DNA of 64,000 nt from Candidatus Latescibacterota bacterium. Its GTDB lineage: Bacteria; Latescibacterota; UBA2968; UBA8231. Each line of letters begins with the position of its first letter. Position 1 is the first letter of the stretch. Positions 29,928 through 40,716 of the stretch are shown piece by piece. The notes under the pieces are model-generated. The model was not told where the DNA came from. It worked only from the letters and a program-made list of their open reading frames with translations, and searched no databases. Made by a program: the position numbers and the translations under genes. The stretch lies in contig OZ241867.1 of the NCBI GenBank assembly GCA_965203175.1, positions 4,896,001-4,960,000 of the forward strand. Direction: 5' to 3'.

Positions 29928-30512
29928 ATGAAGCGCTACACGGCGTTAGTTGCTTGCTTGTGCCTCGTTTTGCAGCCCGTCATGGCCCTCGCCGAGACGG
30001 AATCGGCACCTATCACCGGGGCAGACACCCGACTCTATCTGGCCGATGGCAGCTTGGTGGAAGGCCATCTGATCGAAAAGGCCCAAGATCTGATCATCAT
30101 GCGCGTCAACGACAAGATCTTCACTTTCGACAAGACCGAAATCGACAAAATTATCACCCTCGAATCGCTGGGCGGGGGCGCCCACACGATCACGGTGACC
30201 GAGTTCCCCTACATCAGTTTTCTCGGGGGAGCCCTTGCCTTCGGTCTGCTCTCTTGGCTGCAATTCGACCGGGCTTCCGACAACGAAGCCGAAGCGAAGC
30301 TCAACCGCGAACACGGGCAGGACGCTCGCGCCCAAAAGCTCGACGACAAAGCCGACCGCGCCCGCCTCTACGGTTGGTCCACAGCCGCTCTCGCTGTCAG
30401 TAGCTTCGGAGTGGCCCTGATCCCGCGCAAAAGCACCCGCCGCATCTTTCCCGAACTCAGTTTCCGCGACGGCGAGCCGCGCGTCGGCGTGTCCTACGTC
30501 TATTCGTTCTGA
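29928..30512 (+). CDS. Hypothetical exported/membrane protein
   Basis: RBS GAGGAG, signal peptide ending ALA, small beta domain, two hydrophobic segments; TTGACA-N16-TATATT upstream at 29871. Confidence 0.65.
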   Translation: MKRYTALVACLCLVLQPVMALAETESAPITGADTRLYLADGSLVEGHLIEKAQDLIIMRVNDKIFTFDKTEIDKIITLESLGGGAHTITVTEFPYISFLGGALAFGLLSWLQFDRASDNEAEAKLNREHGQDARAQKLDDKADRARLYGWSTAALAVSSFGVALIPRKSTRRIFPELSFRDGEPRVGVSYVYSF

Positions 30513-30952
30513 GCGCCTTCCGCACCCCGCAGGTGATGTACCAAAGCCTCTAGCCCGAGCACGTAGCTGAAACTGCCAAACCCGGCAATTTGCCCGAGAC
30601 AGACGGGCGCGATAACCGAGTGCTGGCGAAACGCTTCCCGGGCGTGGACATTGGACAGATGCACCTCGACGGCAGGCAATCCCTTGGCCGTCACGGCGTC
30701 GCGCAGGGCAAGGCTATAGTGGGTAAAGGCCCCCGGATTGAACAACAAGCCCTGCTCTTGGGATTGGTGCAGAGCGTCGATTAGCGCGCCCTCGCAATTG
30801 GATTGGTGGCTGCGCACCTGCACCCCGAGCCGCTGCGCGTGATCGGCGATCAACGCGTCGATTGCGGCCAAGGTCTCCCGACCATATACCTCGGGCTCGC
30901 GCGTTCCCAGCAGGTTGAGATTGGGTCCGTGTAGGACTAAGATGCTAGTCAA
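30500..30952 (-). CDS. aroQ: Type II 3-dehydroquinate dehydratase
   Basis: [39 protein letters not shown]; TTG start inferred. Confidence 0.95.
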   Translation of the reverse strand: MTSILVLHGPNLNLLGTREPEVYGRETLAAIDALIADHAQRLGVQVRSHQSNCEGALIDALHQSQEQGLLFNPGAFTHYSLALRDAVTAKGLPAVEVHLSNVHAREAFRQHSVIAPVCLGQIAGFGSFSYVLGLEALVHHLRGAEGAQNE

Positions 30953-31826
30953 GTTGACCTCCACAGTTTCGCGCGACCACGCAGATCCACGCCTCTTTTG
31001 CCAAGATTGTATCGACCTCTAATTTAGCTTCTGTGACCCAGCGGCAAAAAACCGCTTCTTCCCGCGCCAGCAAACCCGAAAACGCGACTCGTCCACCCGC
31101 TGCCAATAAGCCGCGCAAAGGGATCAACAAGGGCCGTAACACGTGGCTTTGGATGTTGGCCAAGACCATGTCAAAGGGGCTTTCCACGACTGCCTCTATC
31201 CCTCCCAGCCGCACCTCGACCTGCTCAGATCCGATGCGGTTGTGCGCCAAGTTTTCCTGCGCATTGGCCACAGCCTTCTCGTCGATATCCACGGCGAGCA
31301 CCGACCCCGCCCCTAGCAATGCGGCGGCAATGCTGAGAATGCCGCTGCCCGTCCCCAGGTCTAGACAGCGAACTCCAGGACGCAAATAGCTTTCTAGAGC
31401 CTGCAAGCAGAGCTGAGTCGATTCGTGCGCACCCGTGCCAAAGGCCATTTTGGGATCTATGCACACGGCGATTTGGCCCTCGGCTATCTCGACCGGAATC
31501 CACGAAGGGTGAACGACGATCCGCTCAGTGGCCCACACCGGCGCAAAGAACCGCCGCCACTCGGCCTCCCAATCCCGTTCCTCTACACATTCGGTACCTA
31601 TCAGCGACGCCAAACCGAGCGCGGCGAGTCTATGCGCTAGCTCGCGCTGGACTTCAGCTAAATCGCACGTCGGCTCAGCCGCAAAGTACGCGCTCAACCG
31701 AGTTCGCTCTCCTGCTTCCTCGGCCTGAAGGCCGCAGCTACCTAGCTCGTATGCCCACGCGCTCACATCCTCTGCGCAAGCCGCAGGCACCTCTAGCCGC
31801 AAGCAGTGCCAAGCCCGCTTATTCAC
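30945..31826 (-). CDS. prmA: Ribosomal protein L11 methyltransferase
   Basis: DW...[25 protein letters not shown]. Confidence 0.93.
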   Translation of the reverse strand: MNKRAWHCLRLEVPAACAEDVSAWAYELGSCGLQAEEAGERTRLSAYFAAEPTCDLAEVQRELAHRLAALGLASLIGTECVEERDWEAEWRRFFAPVWATERIVVHPSWIPVEIAEGQIAVCIDPKMAFGTGAHESTQLCLQALESYLRPGVRCLDLGTGSGILSIAAALLGAGSVLAVDIDEKAVANAQENLAHNRIGSEQVEVRLGGIEAVVESPFDMVLANIQSHVLRPLLIPLRGLLAAGGRVAFSGLLAREEAVFCRWVTEAKLEVDTILAKEAWICVVARNCGGQLD

Positions 31827-32592
31827 TAGCCTCTAAGCGCCGCAACTCGGCAACTAACCCATCGCCAATTGCGGCGAAAAGGGGATCGGGATCGGCCCGT
31901 CCTTCATCCCCGCTCTGGCGAATTGCAGCCGAGAGGGGCAGCGCCCCCAAGAAAGGCAACCCCAACCGCTCCGCAGCCTCGCGTCCTCCGCCACATCCGA
32001 AGATTTCGTGGCGTTGATCGCATTGGCTGCACAGGTAATAGCTCATGTTTTCGACGACTCCGAGGATATCCACCTCGACCTTGGAAAACATGGCGATACC
32101 CCGTTCCACATCCTCTAGCGCCACGCTCTGCGGAGTGGTCACGATCAAGGCACCGGACAGCGCCACGGCTTGGCTCAAGGTAAGCGGCACATCTCCGGTG
32201 CCGGGCGGCAGATCGATCAACAAATAGTCGAGCGGGCCCCACTCTACTTGGTTCAAAAACTGCTGCAACGCCCGGGCCAACAGCGGCCCACGCCAGACCA
32301 CGGGCGCGTCCTCGCCGGCAATAAAACCAATCGACATCAGGGCAACCCCGGCCTTGTAGACCGGACGCATAGTACCTTGCATCCCGGTTGCAGGCTGCTG
32401 CCTGATACCCATCATCAAGGGAATACTCGGGCCGTAGATGTCGGCGTCGAGCAGGCCAACGCGAGCCCCTTGGGCCGCCAGACTCACGGCCAAGTTGATA
32501 CTTACAGTCGATTTGCCCACGCCGCCCTTGGCGCTGGCAATGGCGACGGTATGGCGCACTTGGGCTAAGGGGCCGGTTCGGGGAACGGACAA
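31819..32592 (-). CDS. mrp: Mrp/ApbC Fe-S cluster carrier ATPase
   Basis: SAKGGVGKST, DADIYGPS, WRGP, DLPPGTGD, ENMS...CSQC. Confidence 0.93.
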   Translation of the reverse strand: MSVPRTGPLAQVRHTVAIASAKGGVGKSTVSINLAVSLAAQGARVGLLDADIYGPSIPLMMGIRQQPATGMQGTMRPVYKAGVALMSIGFIAGEDAPVVWRGPLLARALQQFLNQVEWGPLDYLLIDLPPGTGDVPLTLSQAVALSGALIVTTPQSVALEDVERGIAMFSKVEVDILGVVENMSYYLCSQCDQRHEIFGCGGGREAAERLGLPFLGALPLSAAIRQSGDEGRADPDPLFAAIGDGLVAELRRLEASE

Positions 32593-32604
32593 TTGTACCT
32601 GCTC

Positions 32605-33744
32605 TTAGGAGCGGAAGGCGTTGCGCACTTTGGCGAAGAAGCTTTCGCCCTCTTCGGCGACGCGCTCTTTTTCGAGCTCAGCTAGCTCGGTGAATAGTTC
32701 GCGCTCTCGGCGGCTCAGGCCCTCGGGAGTCCACAAGACGATCTCGATTAGCTGGTCGCCGACACCGCGGCCATTGACGTCCGGGATGCCCCGCCCCCCC
32801 ATGCGGAAGACGCGCCCGGATTGGGTGCCGGGGGGAATCTTCAACATAGCCTTGCCAGATAAGGTCGGAACTTCTACCTCCGTGCCTAGTGCAGCTTGGC
32901 CAAAACCCAAGGGCAACTGGTAGATCACGTGATTGCCATCGCGGATAAAATAGTCGTGCTCTTTTTCCTCTATAAAGACCAAGCAATCTCCGGCTGGCCC
33001 ACCGCGCGGTCCGACTTCGCCTTGGCCGCGCAATGGAATGTAGTTGCCCTCTTGGACGCCAGCGGGAATCCGCACCGTCAGGGTCGTCCGGCCGCGCTCG
33101 CGGCCCTCGCCTCGGCATTCTGGACAGGGATTGGACACAATGTGGCCCTCCCCTTCGCAGGTCGGACACGTCACTATGGTCATCGACGGCCCGAAGAGGG
33201 TGCGTGCCATCTGTTGCACTTGACCCCGCCCGCCGCAAGTGCTGCAGGCCTTGCGGTCCGCTCCACGGGCCGCGCCGGTCCCCTCGCAGCTTTTGCAGCG
33301 CTGCAAGCGCGTCAGCGCGATGTTCTTTTCCACGCCCATGGCGATCTCCTCTAGGGTCAAAGCCACCTTGATCTTCAAATCGCGGCCTTTTGGCTTCACC
33401 GACCCTCGCGATCGCCGCCCCCCACCGAAGAAACTCTCAAAAATATCGCCGAAAATGTCTTGAAAATCGCCAGCGTGCGTAAAATCCGACCACTGAAAGC
33501 CACCGCTGCCGAAATTGCCCTCAATACCGGCGTGACCATAGCGATCGTACGTGGCCTTCTTCTCTGGATCCGAAAGCACCTCGTATGCTTCGGATGCCTC
33601 CTTGAATTGCTCCTCGGCTGCTGCGTCTCCAGGATTGCGATCGGGATGGTACTTCAGCGCCTTCTTGCGGTAGGCCCCTTTGATCGCGCTTTCGCTGGCG
33701 TCCCGCTCGACACCCAATACCTCATAGTAGTCCCTTTTGGACAT
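32605..33744 (-). CDS. dnaJ: Chaperone DnaJ
   Basis: J-domain HPD, G/F region, four CxxCxGxG repeats. Confidence 0.98.
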   Translation of the reverse strand: MSKRDYYEVLGVERDASESAIKGAYRKKALKYHPDRNPGDAAAEEQFKEASEAYEVLSDPEKKATYDRYGHAGIEGNFGSGGFQWSDFTHAGDFQDIFGDIFESFFGGGRRSRGSVKPKGRDLKIKVALTLEEIAMGVEKNIALTRLQRCKSCEGTGAARGADRKACSTCGGRGQVQQMARTLFGPSMTIVTCPTCEGEGHIVSNPCPECRGEGRERGRTTLTVRIPAGVQEGNYIPLRGQGEVGPRGGPAGDCLVFIEEKEHDYFIRDGNHVIYQLPLGFGQAALGTEVEVPTLSGKAMLKIPPGTQSGRVFRMGGRGIPDVNGRGVGDQLIEIVLWTPEGLSRRERELFTELAELEKERVAEEGESFFAKVRNAFRS

Positions 33745-33753
33745 TTTGGTTCC

Positions 33754-34419
33754 TCAGCTCTCCTCACTCGCCTCGGTCGCCTTGCTGACGACGACGCGCG
33801 CGTAACGGACTACCTTGTCGTTGAGTTTGTAGCCCTTCTCCATCTCCTCGATGACCGTGCCGGGGACGTGTTCGTCGTCCGGGACTTCGGCTAGGGCCTC
33901 GTGGACTTCGGGGTCAAAAGGCTGTCCCACCGCCTCGATCTCAGCTAGCCCATAGCCTTTGAGAACGTCGTTAAATTGGCCGCATATCAACTCGACGCCC
34001 TGTTTGAGCAACTCGGCCTCTTGGGTTTCCTGACGGAGGGCGCGGCGCAAATTGTCCAAGATGGGTGCGACTTGCAACAAGACATCGCGCAAGGTCTCAT
34101 CTCGCGTTTCTGCGCGCATCCGCACCGTGCGCTTGCGATAGTTATCCAACTCGGCGACCGCCCGCACATAGCGATCGTAATTAACCGCCGCCTCAGCGCG
34201 AGCCGCTTCGAGCTCGGCTAGCCCATCGGCCTCTGGCTCCGCTTCTTCTTGCGACTCCGCTACTTCTTCTTCCTGCGGTTCCGCTACTACTTCTTCTTTC
34301 TGCGACTCTGCCGCTTGTTCTTCCTGTGACTCCGCTACTTCCGCCTGCGACTCGACAGCACCCTCCGTGCTCGCCTCGTCGTCCATTGCGACGCGGTCCT
34401 GGGTTTCGCGCTCGCTCAT
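33754..34419 (-). CDS. grpE: Nucleotide exchange factor GrpE
   Basis: AELDNYRKR, FDPEVHEA, KGYKLNDKVVR. Confidence 0.96.
   Translation of the reverse strand: MSERETQDRVAMDDEASTEGAVESQAEVAESQEEQAAESQKEEVVAEPQEEEVAESQEEAEPEADGLAELEAARAEAAVNYDRYVRAVAELDNYRKRTVRMRAETRDETLRDVLLQVAPILDNLRRALRQETQEAELLKQGVELICGQFNDVLKGYGLAEIEAVGQPFDPEVHEALAEVPDDEHVPGTVIEEMEKGYKLNDKVVRYARVVVSKATEASEES
34240..34353 (-). repeat. Imperfect coding tandem repeat in grpE N-terminus
   Basis: About 5 units encoding (V/A)AESQ(E/K)E(E), 21-27 nt each. Confidence 0.6.
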
Positions 34420-34465
34420 CGACGCTCCTTACTCTTACTGTGAATTAGATTGGTACAAAGACTCG

Positions 34466-35500
34466 TTAGCAGATCAGATTTGCCGCTCGGGAGGCCGCAC
34501 AATTGACCAAGTTCACTAAGGGCCTATAGGGCATGCGCGTCGGGCCGATCACGCCGAGTACGCCGACCACGCCTTTGGCCCCTGCGACCTCGTAGCTGGC
34601 CGTCACCATGCTGCACCGCCCCATCGCCTGCGGCCGGTGTTCGGAACCAATGGTGATGACCACGCCGCGACGCTCGCTCATAAGCTGGGCGAGGGTGTCC
34701 TTTTTCTCCACCAGATCGATTAAACCGGCCACTTCGCTCGGATCGTCAAACTCGGGCTTCAGGCAGAGATTGCGGGTCCCCGAGACGTGGAGATCGGCAC
34801 CGCGCGTGGTAGCTAAACCCTCGATCTGCCGCACGACGGCTTCCACAACCGGCCGCGGGACTGTCCCCAACTCGACCATTCGCACCTCGACCGCATGTTG
34901 GATCTCAGCCATCGTCAACCCGTGCAAGCGCTCGTTAAAAAGCCGACTCAACGCCTCTAAATCGCGCTGCAACACTGCACAATTTACTTCGACCACCAAG
35001 CTCTTTGTCAGGCCTCCGCGGATCGTGACGATGAGCAACAGGCGACGCCCCCCCAAGCGCCAAAGCTCCAGTTTGTGAAAGATGCCCTGATTAAAGCGCG
35101 GAGCCAAAACCAATCCGAGTTGGTTCGACAGATCGCCAATGGTCTTAGCCAGTTGATGCAGGATCTCTTCGTAATCACCTTCCTGCTGTGCGGCCTCTAG
35201 CTGCTGCCGCAGGGTGATCTCAGCCTCGTCCAAGCCTGCGTCTGTCGTCGCCATGCAGCGCTGCACGTAGAATCTGTATCCCTTTTCAGAGGGAATGCGA
35301 CCTGCCGAGACATGGGGCTGGGAGATGTAGCCCTTTTCCTCTAAAGAGGCCAAGGTGTTGCGTATGGTAGCCGGACTAACGCCCAGATTCTCGCGCTGGT
35401 TCAACGTCTGTGAGCCAACCGGAACACCGAGGGCAACGTGGACTTTGACCAAGGCGAGAAGAACTTGGATTTCGCGTTTGGATAGCGGGCTAGTGGGCAT
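34466..35500 (-). CDS. hrcA: Heat-inducible transcription repressor HrcA
   Basis: PVGS, VSPATIRN, QPHVSAGRIPS.KGYR.YV, GVIGPTRM.Y. Confidence 0.95.
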   Translation of the reverse strand: MPTSPLSKREIQVLLALVKVHVALGVPVGSQTLNQRENLGVSPATIRNTLASLEEKGYISQPHVSAGRIPSEKGYRFYVQRCMATTDAGLDEAEITLRQQLEAAQQEGDYEEILHQLAKTIGDLSNQLGLVLAPRFNQGIFHKLELWRLGGRRLLLIVTIRGGLTKSLVVEVNCAVLQRDLEALSRLFNERLHGLTMAEIQHAVEVRMVELGTVPRPVVEAVVRQIEGLATTRGADLHVSGTRNLCLKPEFDDPSEVAGLIDLVEKKDTLAQLMSERRGVVITIGSEHRPQAMGRCSMVTASYEVAGAKGVVGVLGVIGPTRMPYRPLVNLVNCAASRAANLIC

Positions 35501-35554
35501 GGCCGGAAAGCATCTCCAGCGGCATAAACGCCAGATAAATAGAGGTTCTGAGAT

Positions 35555-35630
35555 ATAATAAAAGCCGCCGATTGCTTGTCAAGGCTCGCTTACCAGCTTG
35601 CTTGACAGCCGATTTGCAGGATCGTACTAT
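35555..35630. promoter_or_regulatory. Back-to-back sigma-70 promoters for hrcA (-) and glnA (+)
   Basis: Plus: TTGACA(35602)-N17-TACTAT; minus: TTGACA(35582)-N16-TATTAT. Confidence 0.6.
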
Positions 35631-35690
35631 TGCATCTTTGTTTTTTTCTAACCACCCTAAAGCATTATTCGACGCGAGAAAGGATCTCTC

Positions 35691-37172
35691 ATGGCCAAAG
35701 CCAAAGCCAAAGCTAAAGCCAAAACGAAAGCCAAAGCCAAAACGAAGTCATCCGGGTCCAGCGCGGTCTCGTCGGCGCTGGCCTTAGCACGCCAGCACAA
35801 CGCGCAGATGGTCGATTTCAAGTTCGTCGATCTGCCCGGCATTTGGCAGCACTTCACCATGCCCATCGCCGATTTGGAACCCGACGTGTTCGAAGAAGGC
35901 CTCGGCTTCGACGGCTCCTCCATTCGCGGCTGGCAGGAAATCAACGAATCCGACATGCTCGTCGTACCCGATCCGACCACCGCGGTGATGGATCCGTTCA
36001 CCCAGGTGCCGACTCTGTCGCTGATCTGCTCGATTGAAGACCCCATCACCCGCCAGCCCTATGCCCGCGATCCCCGCGGCGTCGCCCAGCGCGCCCAAGC
36101 CTATCTGCAACGCACCCAGCTAGCCGACACGGCATTCTTTGGACCGGAAGCGGAGTTTTTCATCTTTGACAACATCCGCTTCGACCAGCAAGCCCATCTG
36201 GGATTCTACGAGATCGACTCGCAGGAAGGCCGCTGGAACTCCGGCTCCGCCGACGGCCCCAACTTAGGCTACAAGCCCGACTACAAGGGCGGCTACTTCC
36301 CCGTGCCGCCGACGGATTCGCTGCAAGACATTCGCACCGAGATGGTGCAGACGATGCTCGACTGCGGCATTGACACGGAGATCCACCACCACGAGGTGGG
36401 CACCGCCGGCCAAGGCGAGATCGACATTCGCTTTTGTCCGCTGCTTATCTGCGGCGATCGGATGATGCTGTACAAATACATCGTCAAGAATGTGGCGCAT
36501 CGGCACGGCAAGACGGCCACGTTCATGCCCAAGCCGCTGTTTGAGGACAACGGCACGGGCATGCACACCCACCAGAGTCTGTGGCAGGGCGATACGCCGT
36601 TGTTTGCCGGTAGTGGCTACGCCGGGCTGAGCCAGATGGCGTTGCACTACATCGGCGGACTGTTGCACCACGCGCCGGCGCTGTTGGCGTTTACCAATCC
36701 GACGACCAACTCCTACAAGCGGCTGGTGCCCGGCTACGAGGCGCCGGTGAACTTGGCCTATTCGCAGCGCAACCGCAGTGCGTCGGTGCGCATTCCGATG
36801 TATTCACCTTCACCCAAGAGCAAGCGGGTGGAGTTCCGTTGTCCGGATCCGTCGTGCAACATCTACTTGGCGCTGTCGGCGATGCTGATGGCGGGGTTGG
36901 ACGGGATCGAGCGTCAGTTGGATCCGGGTGAACCTTTGGACAAGAATCTGTATGATCTGTCGGCGGAGGAGCGGGCGGGTGTTCCGCAGACGGCCGGTTC
37001 GTTGGAGGCGTCGTTGGACAACTTGGAGCAGGACCGGGACTTTCTGTTGCAGGGGGATGTGTTTTCTGACGATCTGATCGACGCGTGGATTGACTACAAG
37101 CGCACCGAGGAAGTCGATGCCATCCGCTTGCGGCCTCATCCCTATGAGTTCGCACTCTACTACGACGTGTAG
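35691..37172 (+). CDS. glnA: Glutamine synthetase type I with Lys/Ala-rich N-terminal tail
   Basis: [32 protein letters not shown], adenylylation site NLYDL; RBS AAGGA before ATG 35691. Confidence 0.97.
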   Translation: MAKAKAKAKAKTKAKAKTKSSGSSAVSSALALARQHNAQMVDFKFVDLPGIWQHFTMPIADLEPDVFEEGLGFDGSSIRGWQEINESDMLVVPDPTTAVMDPFTQVPTLSLICSIEDPITRQPYARDPRGVAQRAQAYLQRTQLADTAFFGPEAEFFIFDNIRFDQQAHLGFYEIDSQEGRWNSGSADGPNLGYKPDYKGGYFPVPPTDSLQDIRTEMVQTMLDCGIDTEIHHHEVGTAGQGEIDIRFCPLLICGDRMMLYKYIVKNVAHRHGKTATFMPKPLFEDNGTGMHTHQSLWQGDTPLFAGSGYAGLSQMALHYIGGLLHHAPALLAFTNPTTNSYKRLVPGYEAPVNLAYSQRNRSASVRIPMYSPSPKSKRVEFRCPDPSCNIYLALSAMLMAGLDGIERQLDPGEPLDKNLYDLSAEERAGVPQTAGSLEASLDNLEQDRDFLLQGDVFSDDLIDAWIDYKRTEEVDAIRLRPHPYEFALYYDV

Positions 37173-37197
37173 ACAACTATAACTACGGGGTACTCGG

Positions 37198-37236
37198 GGC
37201 AAGGGAAGATTTCCACTGGGGGAATCTTCCCTTGCC
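37198..37236 (+). terminator. Hairpin after glnA (probable terminator)
   Basis: GGCAAGGGAAGATT...AATCTTCCCTTGCC 14-bp inverted repeat followed by AT-rich tract. Confidence 0.6.
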
Positions 37237-37262
37237 TATATATACCCTAACGGCCACCCCTC

Positions 37263-38168
37263 GTGAAACTCGTCATCGGCAGCCGCGGCAGCCAACTCGC
37301 CCTCGTCCAAGCCCACGAGGTCCGCAACCGCCTGCTAGCGCTGCACGACGGGCTGGACGTTGAGATCTCGACCATCCGCACCACCGGCGACGCGACGACG
37401 GGTTCACTGCGCAGCTTGGGAGGCACGGGCGTTTTTACCCAAGCCCTCGAACGCGCCCTGCTAGTCGATGACATTGACCTAGCGGTCCACAGCCTAAAAG
37501 ACCTACCTACCCAGATGCACCCCGACCTCGCCCTCGTTGCCACGCCCGAACGCGAAGATGTGCGCGACGCCCTCGTCGGCTCCGGCATATCCTCGCTGGC
37601 CGACTTGCCGGACGGCGCGCGGGTGGGAACGGGGAGCCTGCGCCGCTGCGCCCAACTCAAAGCCCTGCGGGCCGACCTGAACATTGTAGATATCCGTGGC
37701 AACCTAGACACCCGCATCGACAAGACCACGCGCGGTGAGTGCGATGCCGTCGTCTTGGCCGTTGCCGGACTCAACCGCCTCGGCTGGCAGGAGCACATCG
37801 GCTACTACCTGTCTCTAGATCAGGTTCTGCCCGCACCCGGCCAAGGCGCTTTAGGGCTGCAAATGCGTGCTGATCACCCTGCGCGTGCCTCCGTCGCAGC
37901 CCTCAACCACGCCCCAACCCTAATCTCGGTGCAAGCCGAGCGTCACCTGCTATACACCCTGAGTGCTGGGTGTCACGCGCCGGTCGGCGCTTGGGGCCGC
38001 ATCGAGAGAGACCTCCTCGTACTCGACGGCTTGGTCGGCCATCCCGAAGGCACCCAGTTGCTGCGCGCCAAACTGCGTGCTCCCCGCGCTCGTGGGGAAT
38101 CCCTAGCCGAATCCCTTGCAGACGACCTACGCGCCCAAGGTGCCGACGATCTCTTGCAGGTCTCCTGA
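37263..38168 (+). CDS. hemC: Hydroxymethylbilane synthase
   Basis: GSRGSQLALVQ, AVHSLKDLP, GTGSLRR, IRGNLDTR, GCHAPVG. Confidence 0.96.
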   Translation: MKLVIGSRGSQLALVQAHEVRNRLLALHDGLDVEISTIRTTGDATTGSLRSLGGTGVFTQALERALLVDDIDLAVHSLKDLPTQMHPDLALVATPEREDVRDALVGSGISSLADLPDGARVGTGSLRRCAQLKALRADLNIVDIRGNLDTRIDKTTRGECDAVVLAVAGLNRLGWQEHIGYYLSLDQVLPAPGQGALGLQMRADHPARASVAALNHAPTLISVQAERHLLYTLSAGCHAPVGAWGRIERDLLVLDGLVGHPEGTQLLRAKLRAPRARGESLAESLADDLRAQGADDLLQVS

Positions 38169-39697
38169 TGTCCGCTGAATACACCACTCTAGGCACCGTG
38201 TACATCGTCGGAGCCGGCCCCGGCGATCCCGGCCTGCTGACCCTCAAGGGTCTGCGCTATCTCCGCGAGGCCGACGTCGTCCTCTATGACGACCTCCTCG
38301 ACAGCCGTTTGCTCGACCTAGTGCCCAGCACGTGTGAGCAAATCGCGGTCGGCAAACGCGGTGGCCGCAAAAATCCCTCTCAAGACGCGATCCATGCGCT
38401 CCTCGTCGATCGCGCTCGTCAAGGCCATGTAGTCGTCCGCCTCAAAGGCGGTGATCCTTTCATCTTCGGTCGCGGTGGCGAAGAGGCCCTGCACCTGCAC
38501 CAAGCCGGCATCCCCTTTGAAATCGTCTCTGGCGTCTCTGCGGCCTCTGGCGTCTTGGCCTACGCAGGCATTCCCCTGACCCATCGCGGCACCGCCTCGG
38601 CCGCGCTGCTAGTCACCGGCAACGAGGATCCAGCTAAACCCGACGCGACTATCGACTGGGATCAGCTAGCAGCCTTTGACGGCACCCTCGTCATCTTCAT
38701 GGCCGTCCGCAAGCTCGCCAGCATATGCCAGCATCTCGTCGCTCGGGGCCGGCCAGCTTCGACTCCGGCCGCAGCCATCGAATGGGGCACTTGGCCCGAC
38801 CAGCGCACGGTCGTCGCCGATCTCCAACACCTGCCGGACCGCGCCACTGTCGAGCAAATCCGCCCGCCAGCCCTCATTGTGGTCGGCCCAGTCGTCGCGC
38901 TGCGCCAAGAACTCAACTGGTTTGAGAGCAAACCGCTCTTTGGCCGCCGCCTGCTCGTCACCCGCAGCCGCGAACAGGCCGGCCCTCTCCAGCAGCGCCT
39001 CGAAACCGAAGGAGCGGCCGTATCGACGCTACCCCTTTTGCACATCGGTCCACCCGACGATTGGACGGCTGTAGATGCGGCCCAAGACCGGCTCGGAAAC
39101 GTTGCTTGGGTCGTCTTCACCAGCCCGAACAGCGTGACCTTTTTCTGCGATCGGCTCTACCAGCGCGGCCTCGACGCCCGGGCCTTTGCCCACACGCGCA
39201 TAGCGGCCGTCGGCTTGGCTACAGCCGCGGCGCTGCACCAACAGGGTTTAGTCCCCGACCTCGTGCCTCCGAGCCAATCGCAGGCCTCGCTAGCGAGTGC
39301 CTTTGCTGCATTCGATGTGACTGGCCAAGAAATCCTCTTGCCAGCCTCTTCCATTGGACGCACCGAACTCGCCGATACGCTCGCCGCACGCGGTGCCCAA
39401 GTTCACCATCTAACGACGTATGTGAATCGCCTACCGGACCAGATTGAGCTCCCCGCCGCATTAGCCGAGAACAAACTCGACCTCATCGTCTTCGCCAGCC
39501 CCTCCAGCGTCCACAATTTTCATCAGGTACTAGGGCCCAAACGCGCGGAGGCCGTATTCGCCCGCACCCACATCTCCTGCATTGGCCCCACCACAGCCGA
39601 GGCCGTGCGCCAACTCGGGTTTGCCGTTCACGTACAGCCCAGCGAAAGCAGTATTCCCGCCCTCGTCCAAGCCATCATCTCCTTCTACGCCCCGTGA
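38168..39697 (+). CDS. cobA: Uroporphyrinogen-III C-methyltransferase / uroporphyrinogen-III synthase fusion (CobA-HemD)
   Basis: VGAGPGDPGLLT, RLKGGDPFIFGRGGEE; then VTR, VFTSPN, FASPSSV, IGPTTA. Confidence 0.93.
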   Translation: MSAEYTTLGTVYIVGAGPGDPGLLTLKGLRYLREADVVLYDDLLDSRLLDLVPSTCEQIAVGKRGGRKNPSQDAIHALLVDRARQGHVVVRLKGGDPFIFGRGGEEALHLHQAGIPFEIVSGVSAASGVLAYAGIPLTHRGTASAALLVTGNEDPAKPDATIDWDQLAAFDGTLVIFMAVRKLASICQHLVARGRPASTPAAAIEWGTWPDQRTVVADLQHLPDRATVEQIRPPALIVVGPVVALRQELNWFESKPLFGRRLLVTRSREQAGPLQQRLETEGAAVSTLPLLHIGPPDDWTAVDAAQDRLGNVAWVVFTSPNSVTFFCDRLYQRGLDARAFAHTRIAAVGLATAAALHQQGLVPDLVPPSQSQASLASAFAAFDVTGQEILLPASSIGRTELADTLAARGAQVHHLTTYVNRLPDQIELPAALAENKLDLIVFASPSSVHNFHQVLGPKRAEAVFARTHISCIGPTTAEAVRQLGFAVHVQPSESSIPALVQAIISFYAP

Positions 39698-40707
39698 AGA
39701 CCTACCCCGCTGGCAAGCTGCCTCCCACTGAACTAAGCCGTTTGCTCGCGGCCTATACCCACAGCCACGAACGCCTACTCGTGCCGCCGACCGTGGGCGA
39801 GGACGCAGCGGTCATCGACTGCGGCGACCGCTTGCTAGTGGCCAAGACCGACCCGATCACTTTCGCCAGCGACGAGATTGGTTGGTACGCAGTTCACGTC
39901 AATGCCAACGACATTGCCGCCATGGGAGCGACGCCCCGCTTCTTCCTCAGCACCATCCTCCTCCCCGAAGAACGCGCCACGCCCGAGTTGGCGGAATCCA
40001 TTTTTCGCTCCATCCACCAAGCAGCCGAGGATTTGGACATCGCCGTCTGCGGCGGCCACACAGAGGTGACCTACGGACTCGACCGCCCCTTAGTCATAGG
40101 CCAAATGCTCGGGGAAACCACGCGCGATCACTTGGTGCGCTCCTCGGGCTTGCAGCCCGGCCACGCCCTGCTTCTGACCAAGGGCTTGGGCATTGAAGCC
40201 ACCGCCATCATCGCCCGCGAAAAACGCGCGCAACTGCGCGAGCTCGGCTGTACGCCCGCCTTTTTGGACACCTGCGCCAACTTCCTCCACACGCCCGGCA
40301 TCAGCGTCGTGCGCGATGCCCAAGTCGCCGTCCAGGCCGGACGAGTCACCGCCATGCACGACCCGACCGAAGGCGGGGTCGCCACGGGGCTGTGGGAATT
40401 GGTCACCGCATCCGCTGTGGGTGCAGAAATCGACTACCATGCGCTGCCCATCGATCCAGCCACAACGCGCCTCTGCACAGCCTTTGAACTCGATCCCCTC
40501 GGCGTGATTTCCTCGGGTGCGTTGCTAATCGGTTGCACAGCCGATTCCGCCGACACCATACTCGCGGCCCTGCACGACGCCAACATAGCCGCAGCCTGCA
40601 TCGGCACGGTGCGCCCTCCTTCTTTCGGGCTTCAGCTACGCCGCGACGGTCACCTGATGCCATTGCCCACTTTCCCGGTGGACGAGATCGCACGCCTCTT
40701 TACCTAA
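39694..40707 (+). CDS. AIR synthase-related (HypE/ThiL-like) protein
   Basis: GEDAAV, TDPIT, NANDIA, GGHTE, MHDPTEGG. Confidence 0.85.
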   Translation: MKTYPAGKLPPTELSRLLAAYTHSHERLLVPPTVGEDAAVIDCGDRLLVAKTDPITFASDEIGWYAVHVNANDIAAMGATPRFFLSTILLPEERATPELAESIFRSIHQAAEDLDIAVCGGHTEVTYGLDRPLVIGQMLGETTRDHLVRSSGLQPGHALLLTKGLGIEATAIIAREKRAQLRELGCTPAFLDTCANFLHTPGISVVRDAQVAVQAGRVTAMHDPTEGGVATGLWELVTASAVGAEIDYHALPIDPATTRLCTAFELDPLGVISSGALLIGCTADSADTILAALHDANIAAACIGTVRPPSFGLQLRRDGHLMPLPTFPVDEIARLFT

Positions 40708-40716
40708 AGCCGCGGT

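Noticed and set aside
21604-39697. IspD-IspF and CobA-HemD fusions as novelties
   Set aside because: Both fusions are well known and widespread.
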